A DNA stretch of 43,538 bases from Octopus bimaculoides. Lineage: Eukaryota. Within the stretch, counting starts at the first letter, position 1; each line of letters opens with the position of its first letter. The notes under the pieces were generated by a model that worked only from the letters and a program-made list of their open reading frames with translations, searched no databases and was not told where the DNA came from. The stretch covers positions 56,510,285 to 56,553,822 of the forward strand of contig NC_068984.1 of the NCBI RefSeq assembly GCF_001194135.2. The letters are read 5' to 3'. The position numbers were made by a program, and so were the translations under genes. Shown in pieces: positions 1-11,738 of this stretch.

Positions 1-1068
1 TATATAATATAGATTTAATCAAAAGATTAAATGTGGTACTTAAAATGTTTAAGGCACCAGAATTTGGTTGGGTAAAACCCAAAAACAAAATCAAGAGATT
101 TGGTGAATAAAATTTGAAGAAAAGCAACAAAAATTCAATAGGTTATAGCAGTACGTACGTTTCGTACAAACTTCATTTATTCATGTAGTGAGAACACTAC
201 ATAAAATGTACAATGAAAATGTACTCCTCAGTTGCATAATGGAATTTCATTTTAGAAAGTCATTTTGTAGATGTGTGCAAAAAAACAAGAGTAAGAGAAG
301 AAAACATACCATCTTGACTATGCTGCTGTTCAACAGTCTAATGATTCACTAGACCATTTATATATATGCAAAATCATCTCCTCTTGATGTTTATTTATAT
401 TGCAATTGTTGTTGGATTATGCCAGTCTGTTTTACTTATGTATATCTTATACCAATGAGGTTACCAATGACATTAGTTAGTATTTTTATCTATGGTTATT
501 CATCTTTATTGTAAGCAAATTGTCCTAAGCTTTAGGATACTAACTTCATAAATTTGTTAAATTTGAAAGTTAAAACTTAAACACATGATCCCACTTCAAC
601 AGGCTGTTGGGACAATATTTTTATAGGTATTTATTTGCTACATCAAGTAGATTTAGAGATTTAGTGACTTCTTAGCAGTAACCTGTATTATTGTTCGTTG
701 TTGAAGTAGTCTTTGAATTTATGAATGAAAATTAGCATCCACCACATATGGTTTACTAATTCGTTATGGATGTATTATTTTTTGTTGAGTTAGATTTATA
801 AACTTGAAACTAGATAGCACTTAATGATTATAAAAGTATTACATTTTGTTACCATATAAGTGATTAAATACAATTGTAACAGAAGTTGTGTTTATTTTAG
901 GTTAAAAATTATTTAAACTTAACTAAATCAAACAATAATGTATCATATTACACACCATTATTTCTCTTTTTATTTATTGTCATTTAATTGTTGGCCTAGC
1001 TGTTTGAACCAAACATGTCAGTAATTTTTAAACATAGCTTCTGCATGACAGAAGCATAAACACTTACA

Positions 1069-1387
1069 CATCATCATCATCATCATCGTCGTTTAACGTC
1101 CGCTTTCCATGCTAGCATGGGTTGGGCGATTTGACTGAGGACTGGTGAAACCAGATGGCTACACCAAGCTCCAATCTGATTTGGCAGAGTTTCTACGGCT
1201 GGATGCCCTTCCTAATGCCAACCACTCAGAGAGTGTAGTGGGTGCTTTTACGTGTCACCTGCACGAAGGCCAGTCAGGCGGTACTGGCAACGGCCATGCT
1301 CAAAATGGTGTATTTTATGTGCCACCTGCACAAGAGCCAGTCCAGGGGCACTGGCAACGATCTCGCTCGAAAATCCTACAAAGGCCA
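1069..1387 (-). mobile_element. RTE-type LINE 3' end / RTE-tailed repeat
   Basis: (CAT)n tail followed by ttaacgtccgctttccatgctagcatggg and tggatgcccttcctaatgccaaccac. This is the reverse complement of the 3' end seen after the RTE ORF at 19800-19989. An internal ~40-bp diverged duplication lies at 1252-1292 and 1319-1359. Confidence 0.8.
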
Positions 1388-1929
1388 TGTATATCTAAAA
1401 TATATAAACATACAGAAATGTTTCAGAATCCAACAGTTATTGTCACTAGAGTTAGTAAAATATGTTGTTACTTGAAAAAAGTGGGTATGATATATGCACT
1501 AATGCGTTGGGGGATGAAGTGAACAAAAATACTTTTATTCTTACAAATCTCCTCCTTCACCTATCAAATAGCTAGATACTATGAGTTAATGCTTTTCACA
1601 TCTCAGTTGTGTTATGCAACACAAATATATCCTCATCATTTTACCTTCTCAAATGACTGTAGTCAAATAATGTTAGAATTAATATACCAGTTTAGTTCTT
1701 TATTTATATATGTAAACATCAAGCCTTGTGGGGCTGCATGAACACCGCATCTCCTATCTATCACTTCAGAGTTCCTACTAATTATTCCCTCCCTTCCCTA
1801 CTAAAAATATAAGGAACCATGCAGCTCTTCTACAAGAACCTGCTCTGCATCACCTTCACTTCACTCACACTCTAATACTGAAGTATTACTGCATAAAACT
1901 GATCCTCATTCTTCAAAGGGTTCTCAAAG

Positions 1930-2143
1930 CTGCATGGCAACCTTAGTAGTGCTGGTGTTACAAAAAAGAAAGCACCCAATACACCCAGTAAAGTGGTTGG
2001 TGTTTGGAAGAGCATCCAGCCATAGAAACCATGCCAATATAGACACAGGAGCATAGTGCAGTCTTTGGACCTACTGATCCAGTCAAACAGTCCAACCATA
2101 GTCAGCATGGAACATGGATGTTAAATGATGATACTGATCATGA
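1930..2143 (+). mobile_element. RTE-type LINE 3' end (decayed)
   Basis: gtggttggtgtttggaagagcatccagcc...cagcatggaacatggatgttaaatgatgat matches the 3' terminus at 19820-19989. Confidence 0.75.
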
Positions 2144-2185
2144 TGTATATGTGTGTGAGTGTGAAGGCATATGTATGCTTTACTT

Positions 2186-2255
2186 TGCTGTCAATAAATA
2201 AACACTTTAGGGCCCAGCACATTGATTTGCCTAGGAGCCTACAATGCTTCTAAGT
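2186..2255 (+). mobile_element. Partial copy of the short MITE-like repeat at 22910-23060
   Basis: gtcaataaataaacactttagggcccagcacattgatttgcctaggagcctac aligns with gtcaataaaaaatactatagggcccagtgcattgatttgtcaaggggcctat at ~22988-23040. Confidence 0.5.
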
Positions 2256-2634
2256 CAGTCCTTCTGGGGAACCCACTTTGCAGTCATAATCACATGGTTC
2301 CAAAGCAAGCATTTTTAACCACAGCCATAATGCTAATAAATTTTTGCAAGAGATGTCAATGAAAGCTGATATTGAAAAGTAATTATAATAATAGCTTAAT
2401 AGCTCTGATGTGAGAGCTGAACCTATAATAGAAAGAAAATGGCTTCAATTTAAAAATAAACCTCTGACTTTACAGGATATATATTTTTCTTAAAGTTTAT
2501 ATGGCTTCTCCATGCCATATTCTAATACAGCATCTCAAATTATTATAAGCTAGTATACACATATAGTGTTTCACCTTCCCATCATGTTTGCTGTAACATC
2601 CTCCAGCTTCCCATTGAATACATATACTTTTATT

Positions 2635-2813
2635 CCTTTACTTGTTTCAGTTATTGGAGTGTGGCACCACCTTGAAGGATTTTTAAACAAATTGACTCCA
2701 GAACTTGTTTTTTAAGTCTCTTTTCGCATTGTAAGTTATGGGAACCTGAGAACAAACCATCACCAGTTGTCAAGCAGTAAGGCACAAACACAAGCACATT
2801 AACCCCATCCCCA
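2635..2813 (-). mobile_element. tRNA-derived SINE, 3' part (decayed)
   Basis: cttgtttcagttattgg...caccaccttgaag...cagttgtcaagc...acaaacaca matches the better preserved copy at 41850-42222. Confidence 0.6.
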
Positions 2814-2885
2814 ATATATATATATATATATATATATAGGTATGTATGTATATATATATATATAGGTATGTATGTATGTATATGC

Positions 2886-2927
<42 letters not shown>
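2814..2927. repeat. Compound microsatellite (TA)n/(TATG)n/(TG)n
   Basis: Directly visible. Confidence 0.95.
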
Positions 2928-3834
2928 ATAAAACAAAATAAAGGTACATAGCGTTCCATTAAATAATAAGTTAAAAAACATATAATAAATGCACAAACAA
3001 ATGGAAAACAGATACAGAAAGTCACCAAATCCTCACCAGTTATCAACCAGAGGGTCAAATGCAATTTCATGCTTTCAAGCACCAATTTGCATTTGACCCT
3101 CTGACCCTTCTGTGTCTGTTTTCTTTTGGTCTACAGTTAAGTTGTTAGCATGAACAATGATTGCAGGTAGGCTAACACCCATGCTTTGACTATTACCAAT
3201 ATGCCTTCTAGACCTAGTTATCATTTATACTAAAATATATGCATGTTTTTTTTTAGTGAATAAATCCCTAACACAATTTTTGTTTCATTTAATACCTAAT
3301 TAAAATTAAGGAGGCAAGTATTGTTCATAGAATATAGATACAAGTTTCATGATTTTTGTAAAAATTGTAAAAAGTTTCATGACAAAACAAGTTTGTGAAA
3401 CTCTGCTTTAGACCAATATTTTTATCCTTCTTTCTATTTTATTGTCCTCAACAGGTTAACTCATTAACATCCTGTTAAAAATGTTCAAAGTCAGAAATCC
3501 AGTCCCATGATGAGTTTGTTACAGAACAATAATGAATCAAAGGAGAAGGAATTAGAGTACACTTCCATACATTAGAGATACCCTTACTTCTTACAAAATG
3601 AATGTAAACTAGATTAGTATGATTCTTGTGGAATTGCGTTGCAGGTGTGGCTGACCAATGCAATTATGTATGGTTCTGTGATACACAGAAGGTTAATACA
3701 AAGAAAACTTAGTTAATATTATTTTAGAACATTTTAAATAAATTGACAACCAATCACAATTAAAGAATTACACATAAGGATTTCTAACATAGCCACAAAA
3801 CCACAAACATGAGGTAAGGAACAATCAACTATAT

Positions 3835-3935
3835 GAGTTCCAGTTCTTGGCTGCTATTCCTTTTACTGACCTCAAAAGGGTGAAAAGCAAAATTGACCAT
3901 AGCAGAATTTGAATTCAGAATGCAAAACAACATGA
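3835..3935 (-). mobile_element. SINE fragment (Meta-domain-like family)
   Basis: aaaagggtgaaaagcaaaattgacc...gaatttgaattcagaatg is the reverse complement of the family core at 10110-10170 and 24460-24510. Confidence 0.55.
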
Positions 3936-4158
3936 AATAGAACAAGGTATTTTGTCTATCACTTTACTGGTTTTGCCACTTCTCTTAAAGAAGTACATCA
4001 CAGCAAATCAGTGGCTGCAAACTATAACAAAACTTGTTCTGACACAAGGTTTCAGAACAAAATTCTTTATTGTCAACTTATTATGGATAAATGTAATCTT
4101 TGCAGTAGTTGTAGGCACTGATGGCAACATTCCAGTTGAAAAAACAAATGCTTTAGAT

Positions 4159-4250
4159 CAAAGATTAGCAAACTTTTTCTGTTAATGGCCCAGAAGCAAA
4201 TTCTGTTAGGTGATAGCAGGTCACATCCATCTGTTGAATCATACTGTTTA
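4159..4250 (+). mobile_element. hAT/Charlie-type terminal fragment
   Basis: caaagattagcaaactttttctgttaatggcccag resembles the CAGGG.TCGGCAAACTTTTTCTGTAAAGGGCCAG terminus of MER58-like hAT MITEs (recalled); no partner TIR found. Confidence 0.4.
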
Positions 4251-4281
4251 TGTAATAAATTACAGATAATTTGTTTCAAAT

Positions 4282-4455
4282 TTAGGCACAAAGCCAGCAT
4301 ATATGACAGGTGTGGGTTAGTTAATATCATTCACCCAAAAAAGTGAATGGTAAAGTTGAGCTTGGCAGGATTTGAACTCAGAATGTAAAGTGCCAACACA
4401 TATACCACAAAGCATTTTTCTAATGCTCTAATAACTCCACCAGTTCACCATCTTA
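4282..4455 (-). mobile_element. SINE (Meta-domain-like family), internally deleted
   Basis: ttaggcacaaagcc tail end and aggatttgaactcagaatg B-box region, reverse of 10039-10260. Confidence 0.6.
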
Positions 4456-4464
4456 AATAAAGGT

Positions 4465-4745
4465 TATAATAATAATCCTTTCAATAATAGGTACAAAGTT
4501 TGGAATTTTAGGGAAGTGGTTTAGCCAATTACATCAATCCTAGTACTTAACTGGTACTTCTTTTATTGATTCCCAAAAGGATGAAAGGCACAGTCACCCT
4601 CAGCAGTATTTGAACTCAAAACATAAAGACAGATGAAGTGCTGTTAAGCATTTTGTCTGTTAATGATCTAAACTCAAAACATAAAGACAGATGAAGTGTT
4701 GTTAAGCATTTTGTCTGTTAGTGATTCTGCCAGCTTGCTGCCTTA
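4465..4745 (-). mobile_element. SINE (Meta-domain-like family) with 58-bp internal tandem duplication
   Basis: ctggtacttcttttattgattcccaaaaggatgaaaggc core, B-box (tttgaactc) and (TAA)n tail. The duplicated unit starts at 4613 and 4671. Confidence 0.75.
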
Positions 4746-5509
4746 AAGATATTAATAATAAAACATGATACTATAGATTAAATTTATTCTATTTCACCTT
4801 TCCTCCAATTAGTTAGTGATGTAAATCTAAAATATTCTGAAATGTTCTACATTGATTTTGTACAGTATGGAATATAATGGTAAACTATGTGAATATTACA
4901 ATGTAGGAAGAGTGCATGGAAAATAACAAAAAGAGTATTTAAATTTTAGTGCAATGTTTTAATTACTGCAATTTCTAGTTAACAAAATATTGAATTGGAA
5001 ATCAATCAGCATATTTTTGTAGTCACTTGGTAGATACATAATTTCTATTGAGGACTGCATGACAACCCCAGTGTAGAGGGCTATATATTGCCAATCACTG
5101 TTCCTAATCCCTCATTAGGGGGATTTATATTTTCTTATTAAAAAATGTATTACAAATGTTTCACCTGGGGTTTTCCAAGATGCTATTAAAATCTAGATAT
5201 TATAAGAAAATGAACTAAATATAATTGAAACAAATCTATCAATATCAATATCAGATAGATATACAAATTCTTATATTCTAAACTGACGTACTAAGGTTTA
5301 TTTGAAAATGTTGTCACTTTCTAAGATTGGTACTGAATGGGTAAGAATAAAACATGCTTCATACTGTACATTTCAAATTTCTGGTAACTGACATTGTTTA
5401 TAAACTGACGTCAGTCTGTAATTTGGCCACAACAAATTACTTTATATAAGTCTTATCTAAGGTTGTTCTGACACATTTATGGTTCTTTTTTCTAAATATC
5501 ACCATCATT

Positions 5510-5919
5510 TTCTTCATCATCATCACCATGATCATCATTTAACGTCCATTTTCCATGCTGGCATGGATTAGATGGCTTAACTGGAGCTGGTATGTCAGAG
5601 AGCTGCACCAAACTCCAATCATCTGTTATGGTTTGGTTTCTATGACTGGATACTCTTCCCAATACCAACCATTTTACAGAGTGTATTGGGTGTCACCAGC
5701 ATGTAATTGGTATTGGTCACAATTTCATTTAGCTTGATGTGTCTTCTCAAGCACAGCAAATTGCCTGAAGTCTTGGTCATTTGTCATTGCCACCATGAGG
5801 CTCAACAACCAAAGATCATATTTCACCACCTCATCCCATGTCTTCCTGGGTTTACCCCTTCCACAGGTTCCCTCAAAAATTAGAGATTGGCACTTATTTA
5901 TGCAATTGTTCTCATCCAC
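5510..5919 (-). mobile_element. RTE-type LINE 3' fragment including ORF2 C-terminus
   Basis: Minus-strand translation GTCGRGKPRKTWDEVVKYDL...AVLEKT is homologous to 18640-18780 (GTHRRGRLRKTWDEVVRIDL...EVLEKT). It is followed by the shared 3' UTR and (GAT)n tail. Confidence 0.85.
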
Positions 5920-8450
5920 AGCAACAACAACTCAAGGTATAATGAGAACAACAACAAGGATTGCAGCAGCAAATGTTATACCTAATGAAGTTGATAACCA
6001 ATCTGGAGAATACATTTTCGCCTGACCATGTAGCAAATTCCATAAGCGAATTCAAATATGACCCTGAAAAAGGTGTAACCATCAAGGCTTATTTTCGAAG
6101 ATTTCAACAAATTTTTGAAACAGAATGTTAGGATGGATGAGATGAAAACACATCTAGCGTTAAGAAAACTAGCAACAACAGAGCATGAGAAGTATAGTAA
6201 CTTCATATTGCCAAAAAAACAAAAAAGAGTCCAACATAAACTTCACTGACACAGTTGACATCTTGTGTAAAATGTTTAGTGAAAGAGCTCACTATTTAAT
6301 ACTAGATGGAAATGTTTAAACATAGAAAAGAGCGAAGATGAAGACTTCACTACTTAAACAGGTAGAGTCAACAAAGATGTGGCTAGATGTGCTTACTCTA
6401 AATTTTTTCAAGTGTTTGATTTTTGCACAAGGATTGACAGATAGAAGGGATGCAGAAATCTGAACAAAATCCTATAAAAACTGGAAATGAACCAGGATTT
6501 GACATTACAGAAACTGTCAGAAGAGTGTGACAGGATATTAAAATTAAGGCATGACAGGGAAGAAATTCAACAGAGTGTTTTCACATAAGACCAGTGCAAA
6601 AAAGTTGGAAGACAAATAAAGTGTTGCAGGAAAAACAGAAAAAATATTGGGATGTAGATCCATGTATGGCATGTGGTAGGATGCACCTGAAAAAAGATTG
6701 TTCATATAAAAAAGCAAAGTGTTTTCACAGTGGGTTTACAGGACATATAAAATTGCACTGCAAAACTAGAAAGATAGGAAAATGGAGCAAGAAAAAAATA
6801 ATAGTTTGTCAGCAGGAAAAGTTGTGACTACAACAAACAGAAAATTCATGAATGTGAGAATGAGAATTGAAAACGCTAGTGTCAGAATGCAACTAGACAC
6901 AGGAAGTGATATCATAATCATAAATGAGAAAACATGGGAACAAATGAGTAAACTAAAATTATGTAATTCAAACAAAGTAGTGCATGGTGTTACGTAAAGA
7001 AAATTATATTTCATGGGCGAACACATTTGTAATGTAATGTTCAAAGGTCAAACCAAAAAAGTGAATGTTTATGTGTTGAAAAAATCCATGAATTTATTTG
7101 GCACCGAATGTATGGAGAAATTTAATTTATGGGATACACCCATAAGCGCTTTGTGCAATAGCGTAAATGGAGCAGTCAAACAATCAAACGAGGTAAATGA
7201 ACTTAAACAAAAAAAAGTGAAACATCATGTGTGAACTACCAGTAACTTTGGAAGAACTAAAAAGAAATGCAAAAAATGACAAATATATTAATGAGACAAA
7301 AAGAAAACTGTGGTCAACAAAAGGAAATAAATAAAGGTCTGTTGCAAAGAACCACCAAGATGTGAGTGTGTATTCTATATGTGATAGTGTTCTAATGTAT
7401 GCTCAGAGAGTGGTCATACCACAGACATTGCAGAAGAAAATGCTAAAAGAGTTTCATGTTGGACACCCAGGCATCTCTAGAATGAAAGCACTGATGTGAA
7501 GTTTTGTACACTGGCCAAGCATGGACAACGAAGTTGAAAACCTGGTAAAAGGCTGCAGAGGATGTGCACTGGCAGTGAAACTATCTACTACCAAATGTGA
7601 ACCTTGGCCAGAAGTGAAAATACCATGGTCCTGATTGCATATTGTTGTCACAAGCCTGTTAAATGGATAATATTACTTAATAGTACTGTACAGCTGCACA
7701 AAATGGCATGAGATTGCAAGGTGTAAACAACCAACCTCATATACAGTAATAAATTTCTTACATGAGCTGTTTGCAAGATTTGGTGTACTGAATATAATTG
7801 TGTCTGATAATGGAACACAGTTTGTATCCTGTGAGTTTAAAAGATTCTGAGATGTTCATGTTAGAACATAAAACTATAGCACCGTATCACCCTAGATTGA
7901 ATGAAAGGGCTGAATGGTTCATGGACACATTTAAGAGAGCTTTAGAGAAAGCTAATAAAGAAGCTATGGATGAGGTCGTGATCCAACAATTCTTAAGGGT
8001 ATACAGAGTAACTCCGAACCCAAATGCACCAGAAGGAAGTTCGCCAATCAATGTTTACCAGAAAGGTGAAGTCAGTATGTGATAAACTGTTACCAGTGAA
8101 GAAAAAAATAGGTGCTAGTAAAGACATGCCAAAATTCTTTAGAATCGGTGACAAGGTATATGTAAGAATGTACAAAAATGGCAAGCAATACTGGGAAGAA
8201 GGAGAAATTGTAACATACACTGGAAGAATGATATATGGTGTAAGAAGCAGAAATGGAATGGAAAGGAGACATAGAAATCAGCTTAAGGAAAGAGTCATAG
8301 AAAAGGAACCAACAAGAGTATAAATGCTGATGGATTAACTACATGACACTTTTCAGGTTCCAACACTGTTACAAGAAGTCAAATCCACAAGTACAAGGAA
8401 CAGGAAGAACACTGAATTCCTAAGAGTAGACCTGAAGAAGAAAAGATGTT
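5920..8450 (+). pseudogene. Disrupted gag-pro-int polyprotein (K02A2.6-like Gypsy)
   Basis: Knuckles CMACGRMHLKKDC and CFHSGFTGHIKLHC (6663-6760). Protease LDTGSD (6893-6910). Integrase N-terminal FHVGHPG...CRGC (7452-7565), VSDNGTQF (7800-7823), APYHPRLNERAEWF and YRVTPN. Confidence 0.85.
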
Positions 8451-8452
8451 GA

Positions 8453-8454
<2 letters not shown>

Positions 8455-8521
<67 letters not shown>
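8455..8521. repeat. (AT)n microsatellite inside the Gypsy 3' untranslated region
   Basis: Directly visible, between the pol end and the PPT. Confidence 0.95.
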
Positions 8522-8524
<3 letters not shown>

Positions 8525-8562
8525 GAGGAGAAGGGTGAATAAAAGAAATTGATTGTTAATAG

Positions 8563-8580
8563 AAAAATTAAAAGGGGATA
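8563..8580 (+). other. Polypurine tract
   Basis: aaaaattaaaaggggata immediately precedes the TG that starts the LTR. Confidence 0.7.
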
Positions 8581-8854
8581 TGTTGTATAGTGAAACTGTA
8601 TACCCCTCCAGGTAAAAAGTGGTAGTAACCAGCCATTATAAATAGACCAGTAGCTGGTCAACAGAGAAAGGTCAGTAAGGTTGAGAATATGTGTAGACTG
8701 TGTTGATAGTCATGTCTGTGCTGATATAGTAATTATATTGTGAGACTGAGTGGACGTTATATTGGTCCAACCTTTTGAGGATAATAACACTGTACGATTG
8801 GGGGTCGTACAGTGCCAGGTAGAGCCATTCTATTGATGACTTCAGAATATAACA
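8581..8854 (+). repeat. 3' LTR (~274 bp)
   Basis: Starts tgttgtata and ends aatataaca (TG...CA with imperfect terminal inverted repeat). A TATA-like tataaatag lies at ~8637-8645. Confidence 0.75.
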
Positions 8855-8934
8855 ATATCTGTCAGAGTAACAACTGTCGTCAAAAGACAGATACAGCAGT
8901 GGCAAAAGACTGCTTTGCAACAAACACAAAAAGA

Positions 8935-8938
8935 CACA

Positions 8939-8991
<53 letters not shown>

Positions 8992-9090
8992 TCATATAAA
9001 CATACGACGGGCTTCTTTCGGTTTCATCTACCAAATCCACACACAAGGCTTTGGTCAGCTCAGACTATAATAGAAGACACTTGCCTACAA
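8935..9090 (-). mobile_element. CORE-like tRNA SINE fragment with (CATA)n/(TA)n tract
   Basis: acgacgggcttctttcggtttcatctaccaaatccacacacaaggctttggtc...gaagacacttgcc is shared with 16045-16140 and 42085-42160. Confidence 0.75.
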
Positions 9091-9539
9091 CCACCCCACC
9101 CCCCTCCCCGATGCTCATTTGTAAAATATTTCAAGAGGTGAAAAATATTGAGAACCTGACAAAGCAATGCAGTAGCAACTGAAAAAAAAAAAATCCCTGG
9201 ATTCAAAGTACCTGAAAATGTTTAACAACCCCTGTTGGAAAAGATCTTCATTGATGGGAGTTGTAAAGTTAACTTTACATTAGTTATTTCAGCTTCTGTT
9301 TGTTATTGCTTTGGAAAGAATAAAGAAAAAATACAAAGAATTATTTAGCCATTATCAAAATTTACTCATAAAGTAAGAAGTAACAGTCTGAGTAAATGTT
9401 CAGCAGAGATACTGGAAACAAATATGTGCCACACTTGTATTAAAGAGAGCAAAAAGAACAAAGTCTAATAGAATTACCCTTCTAGACAACAAGGCAATAA
9501 GATAGACTATCAAGAAAACCTCTATATAGTTATTAGACA

Positions 9540-9720
9540 TGCTAGATATTGTAACCAAATCACCTCACCAAATAACATCCTATCATATTAAATAAGGAAA
9601 GGACACAGCAGATTATGTAACCTCAGGCATCCTTTAAATAATAGGATGGTCACAGGTGGGATTCCTTTGATCATGGATCTTTTTAGTCAGGAGTAACCTA
9701 GAACTAAACAACAACAAAAA
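9540..9720 (+). repeat. Interspersed repeat with (AAC)n-like end (unclassified family)
   Basis: gctagatattgtaaccaaatc...ggacacagcagattatgta...gaactaaacaacaac. Related copies occur at 16690-16910 (-), 30110-30360 and 37605-37760. Confidence 0.5.
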
Positions 9721-10038
9721 CTGCATGGAAAAGGTGATATGATACCAAAGAAGGGTGAGAGATAAACATGTTTTCGTGTTTTGCAGAATGATGAAGAGGA
9801 ACAGAAGGAAATGAAGATAAGGGAAAGGTAAAATAAAATATCAAAGGTAAATCAGAGATATCAGAAACAAAACTAAATGGAAGGAAGGTCATTAAAGGAA
9901 TAAAGACCTGAAGAATATCAATATTGAGATATTATGCAGCCTGCTTTTAGGGATGAAACATGAACCTGATGAAATGGATAGATACACTAGAAAGTTGTTT
10001 CACATGAAACACATAGAACTGTTATTAGAGAAGCAACA

Positions 10039-10260
10039 TAAGGTGGTGAGCTGGCACAATCATTAGCAAGCTGGATAAAATGCTTAGTGGTATTTCATCT
10101 GTCTTTATATTCTGAGTTCAAATTCTGCTGAGGTCAGTTTTTGCCTTTTATCCTTTTGAAGTTGATAAAATAAGTATCAGTTGAGTACTGGGGTTGATGT
10201 AATCATCTATCCCCATCCCCCAAATTTCAGGCCTTGTGCCTACAGTAGAAAGGTTATTAT
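10039..10260 (+). mobile_element. tRNA-derived SINE (Meta-domain-like), full length
   Basis: A-box-like ggtgagctggca, B-box gagttcaaatt, core gccttttatccttttgaagttgataaaataagtatcag and (TTA)n tail. The MetaSINE assignment is recalled from the core motif and needs checking. Confidence 0.8.
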
Positions 10261-10367
10261 AAAAACTATATAAATGTTACCCAAACTGCTGTCCAAAAGA
10301 TTGAATGAGTCTGAAAGTGATTCACATAGTGAAGATGCAAAAAAAAAAAAATCACTTTAATCTATAA

Positions 10368-10616
10368 CGGTGGTTCCCAACCATGCTCCATATGACCCTT
10401 GGGGGTCTATATAAGATTTTGTTGCTAAAACTTATAAACAATAAAGTGGTTATACTTCTACAATATACAATATTTTAACAATTTTTATACAATTCCTAAT
10501 ATTTAAATATAAAAATATGACAAAAAATTTTTAAAACATTGAATGGCTATGAGGGTCTGCTTGAGTAAAATAGGAATGAAAGGGGTCCACAAGCAAAAAA
10601 TGGCTGAGAACCACTA
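10368..10616. mobile_element. hAT (Charlie/Buster-type) MITE
   Basis: TIRs cggtggttcccaacc / ggctgagaaccacta. 8-bp TSD atctataa / aactataa, with TA at positions 4-5. Confidence 0.8.
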
Positions 10617-11116
10617 AACTATAAGACTCCTTCATAAAATTCTTCAAAGTTGAGGAGATTTGTCTCTTCAAGCAAATATTTACTTATCAATAAATTTTAA
10701 AACGTGAGCTCATTGATGAGATGGATTCAGATATTTTGTTATAGTGATAATAATTGGTTACATTCACAGCAATGCTGGTAGGCGATGTGCGTGTAAATAA
10801 AGTTGGAGGAAAAAAAGAAAGAAAATAGAAACTGAAAAAAGTGTTACATGAATGCATGTATCTTGCCAAAGAAACAACAGAAGATATAGCAGAAAAATAA
10901 TATGCGATTTAGCTGAAAGATACCAGGCTAAGGAAGGAAACAAAGACCCAGATTATGAATGTACATGTTATTAGAAGAAATTTTAATAAAATGTGAATAG
11001 AATAAGCAGAAACTGGTTTGATATTAAGCAAAGATGTATAACAAAGTAAATCATATACAAATGAAGCAAGACGGTAGGCACAACATAAATATGAAAGAAG
11101 GCATAATAGGATAGGG

Positions 11117-11442
11117 CAGTGATTCCCAACGTGGGTATACACCCCACCAGTGGGGCCTGGAGAAATTGTGGTAGGGTGTGCAATCCAAAATGATTTTTCT
11201 TCTCTTTTCTTTTAGTAGGACATGAAATCGTGAAAATTGTTTTTTTTCCTTGGTCAATAACGTTTTTTTTTTTTTTTTTGTATTCATTACTAAATAAAAG
11301 GGTTACTGGTAGATACTTTTGTATTAAATAATTGCAAGAACATATAAGAACTAAAGTTGTTTTTTTTCCCAACTACTGGTGGAGCATACATTTTTCTGGA
11401 AAATTATAGTGGGGCCAGAGGGAAAATAGCTTGGAAATAATG
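11117..11442. mobile_element. hAT-type MITE
   Basis: TIRs cagtgattcccaac / ttggaaataatg. TSD ggataggg / tgataggg. Confidence 0.75.
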
Positions 11443-11738
11443 TGATAGGGGAAAACATTTGATAAGAGGTCAGTGTGAAATTTGAACTTGGAGCATTTTC
11501 CCTGTACATTTATGATTTGTACATAATGTTGAAAAACTTAACTTTGATGTGGCTAATAATTAGCATATTAATGACATGAAGATATTGAAATGAGCATTTA
11601 CAGTTGACTGAAACAAAAAACTTGAAAAACAATATGTAATATATAATTTTTATTGGATTTGAGCTTCTACTCATATTTTTTACATTGAACAATAACCAAA
11701 TACTTTTACCCCCTCACACACACACATGCAGGTGCACA

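Larger units (their letters stand above)
5920..8854 (+). mobile_element. Ty3/Gypsy LTR retrotransposon remnant, 5'-truncated, lacking RT/RNase H
   Basis: Order is gag-like (FKYDPEKGVTIKAYFRRF; FKCLIFAQGL), Zn knuckles, protease, integrase, PPT, then LTR. It is heavily disrupted by stops and frameshifts. No 5' LTR was found; the RTE fragment abuts the truncated gag. Confidence 0.9.

Noticed and set aside
310-337. 28-nt minus-strand exon candidate (TVEQQHSQD)
   Set aside because: The donor gtatgt is fine, but the acceptor has no polypyrimidine tract
2651-3085. 144-aa and similar ORFs (2799, 8353, 8672, 8812, 39195, 42028)
   Set aside because: They read through microsatellites and SINEs (YIYI/HTHT/CVCV runs) and have no coding signature
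5300-5920. 5' LTR or PBS of the Gypsy element
   Set aside because: No match to 8581-8854 was found upstream; an RTE fragment abuts the truncated gag
9964-9995. ctgatga...gaaa motif
   Set aside because: The intervening sequence cannot form stem II
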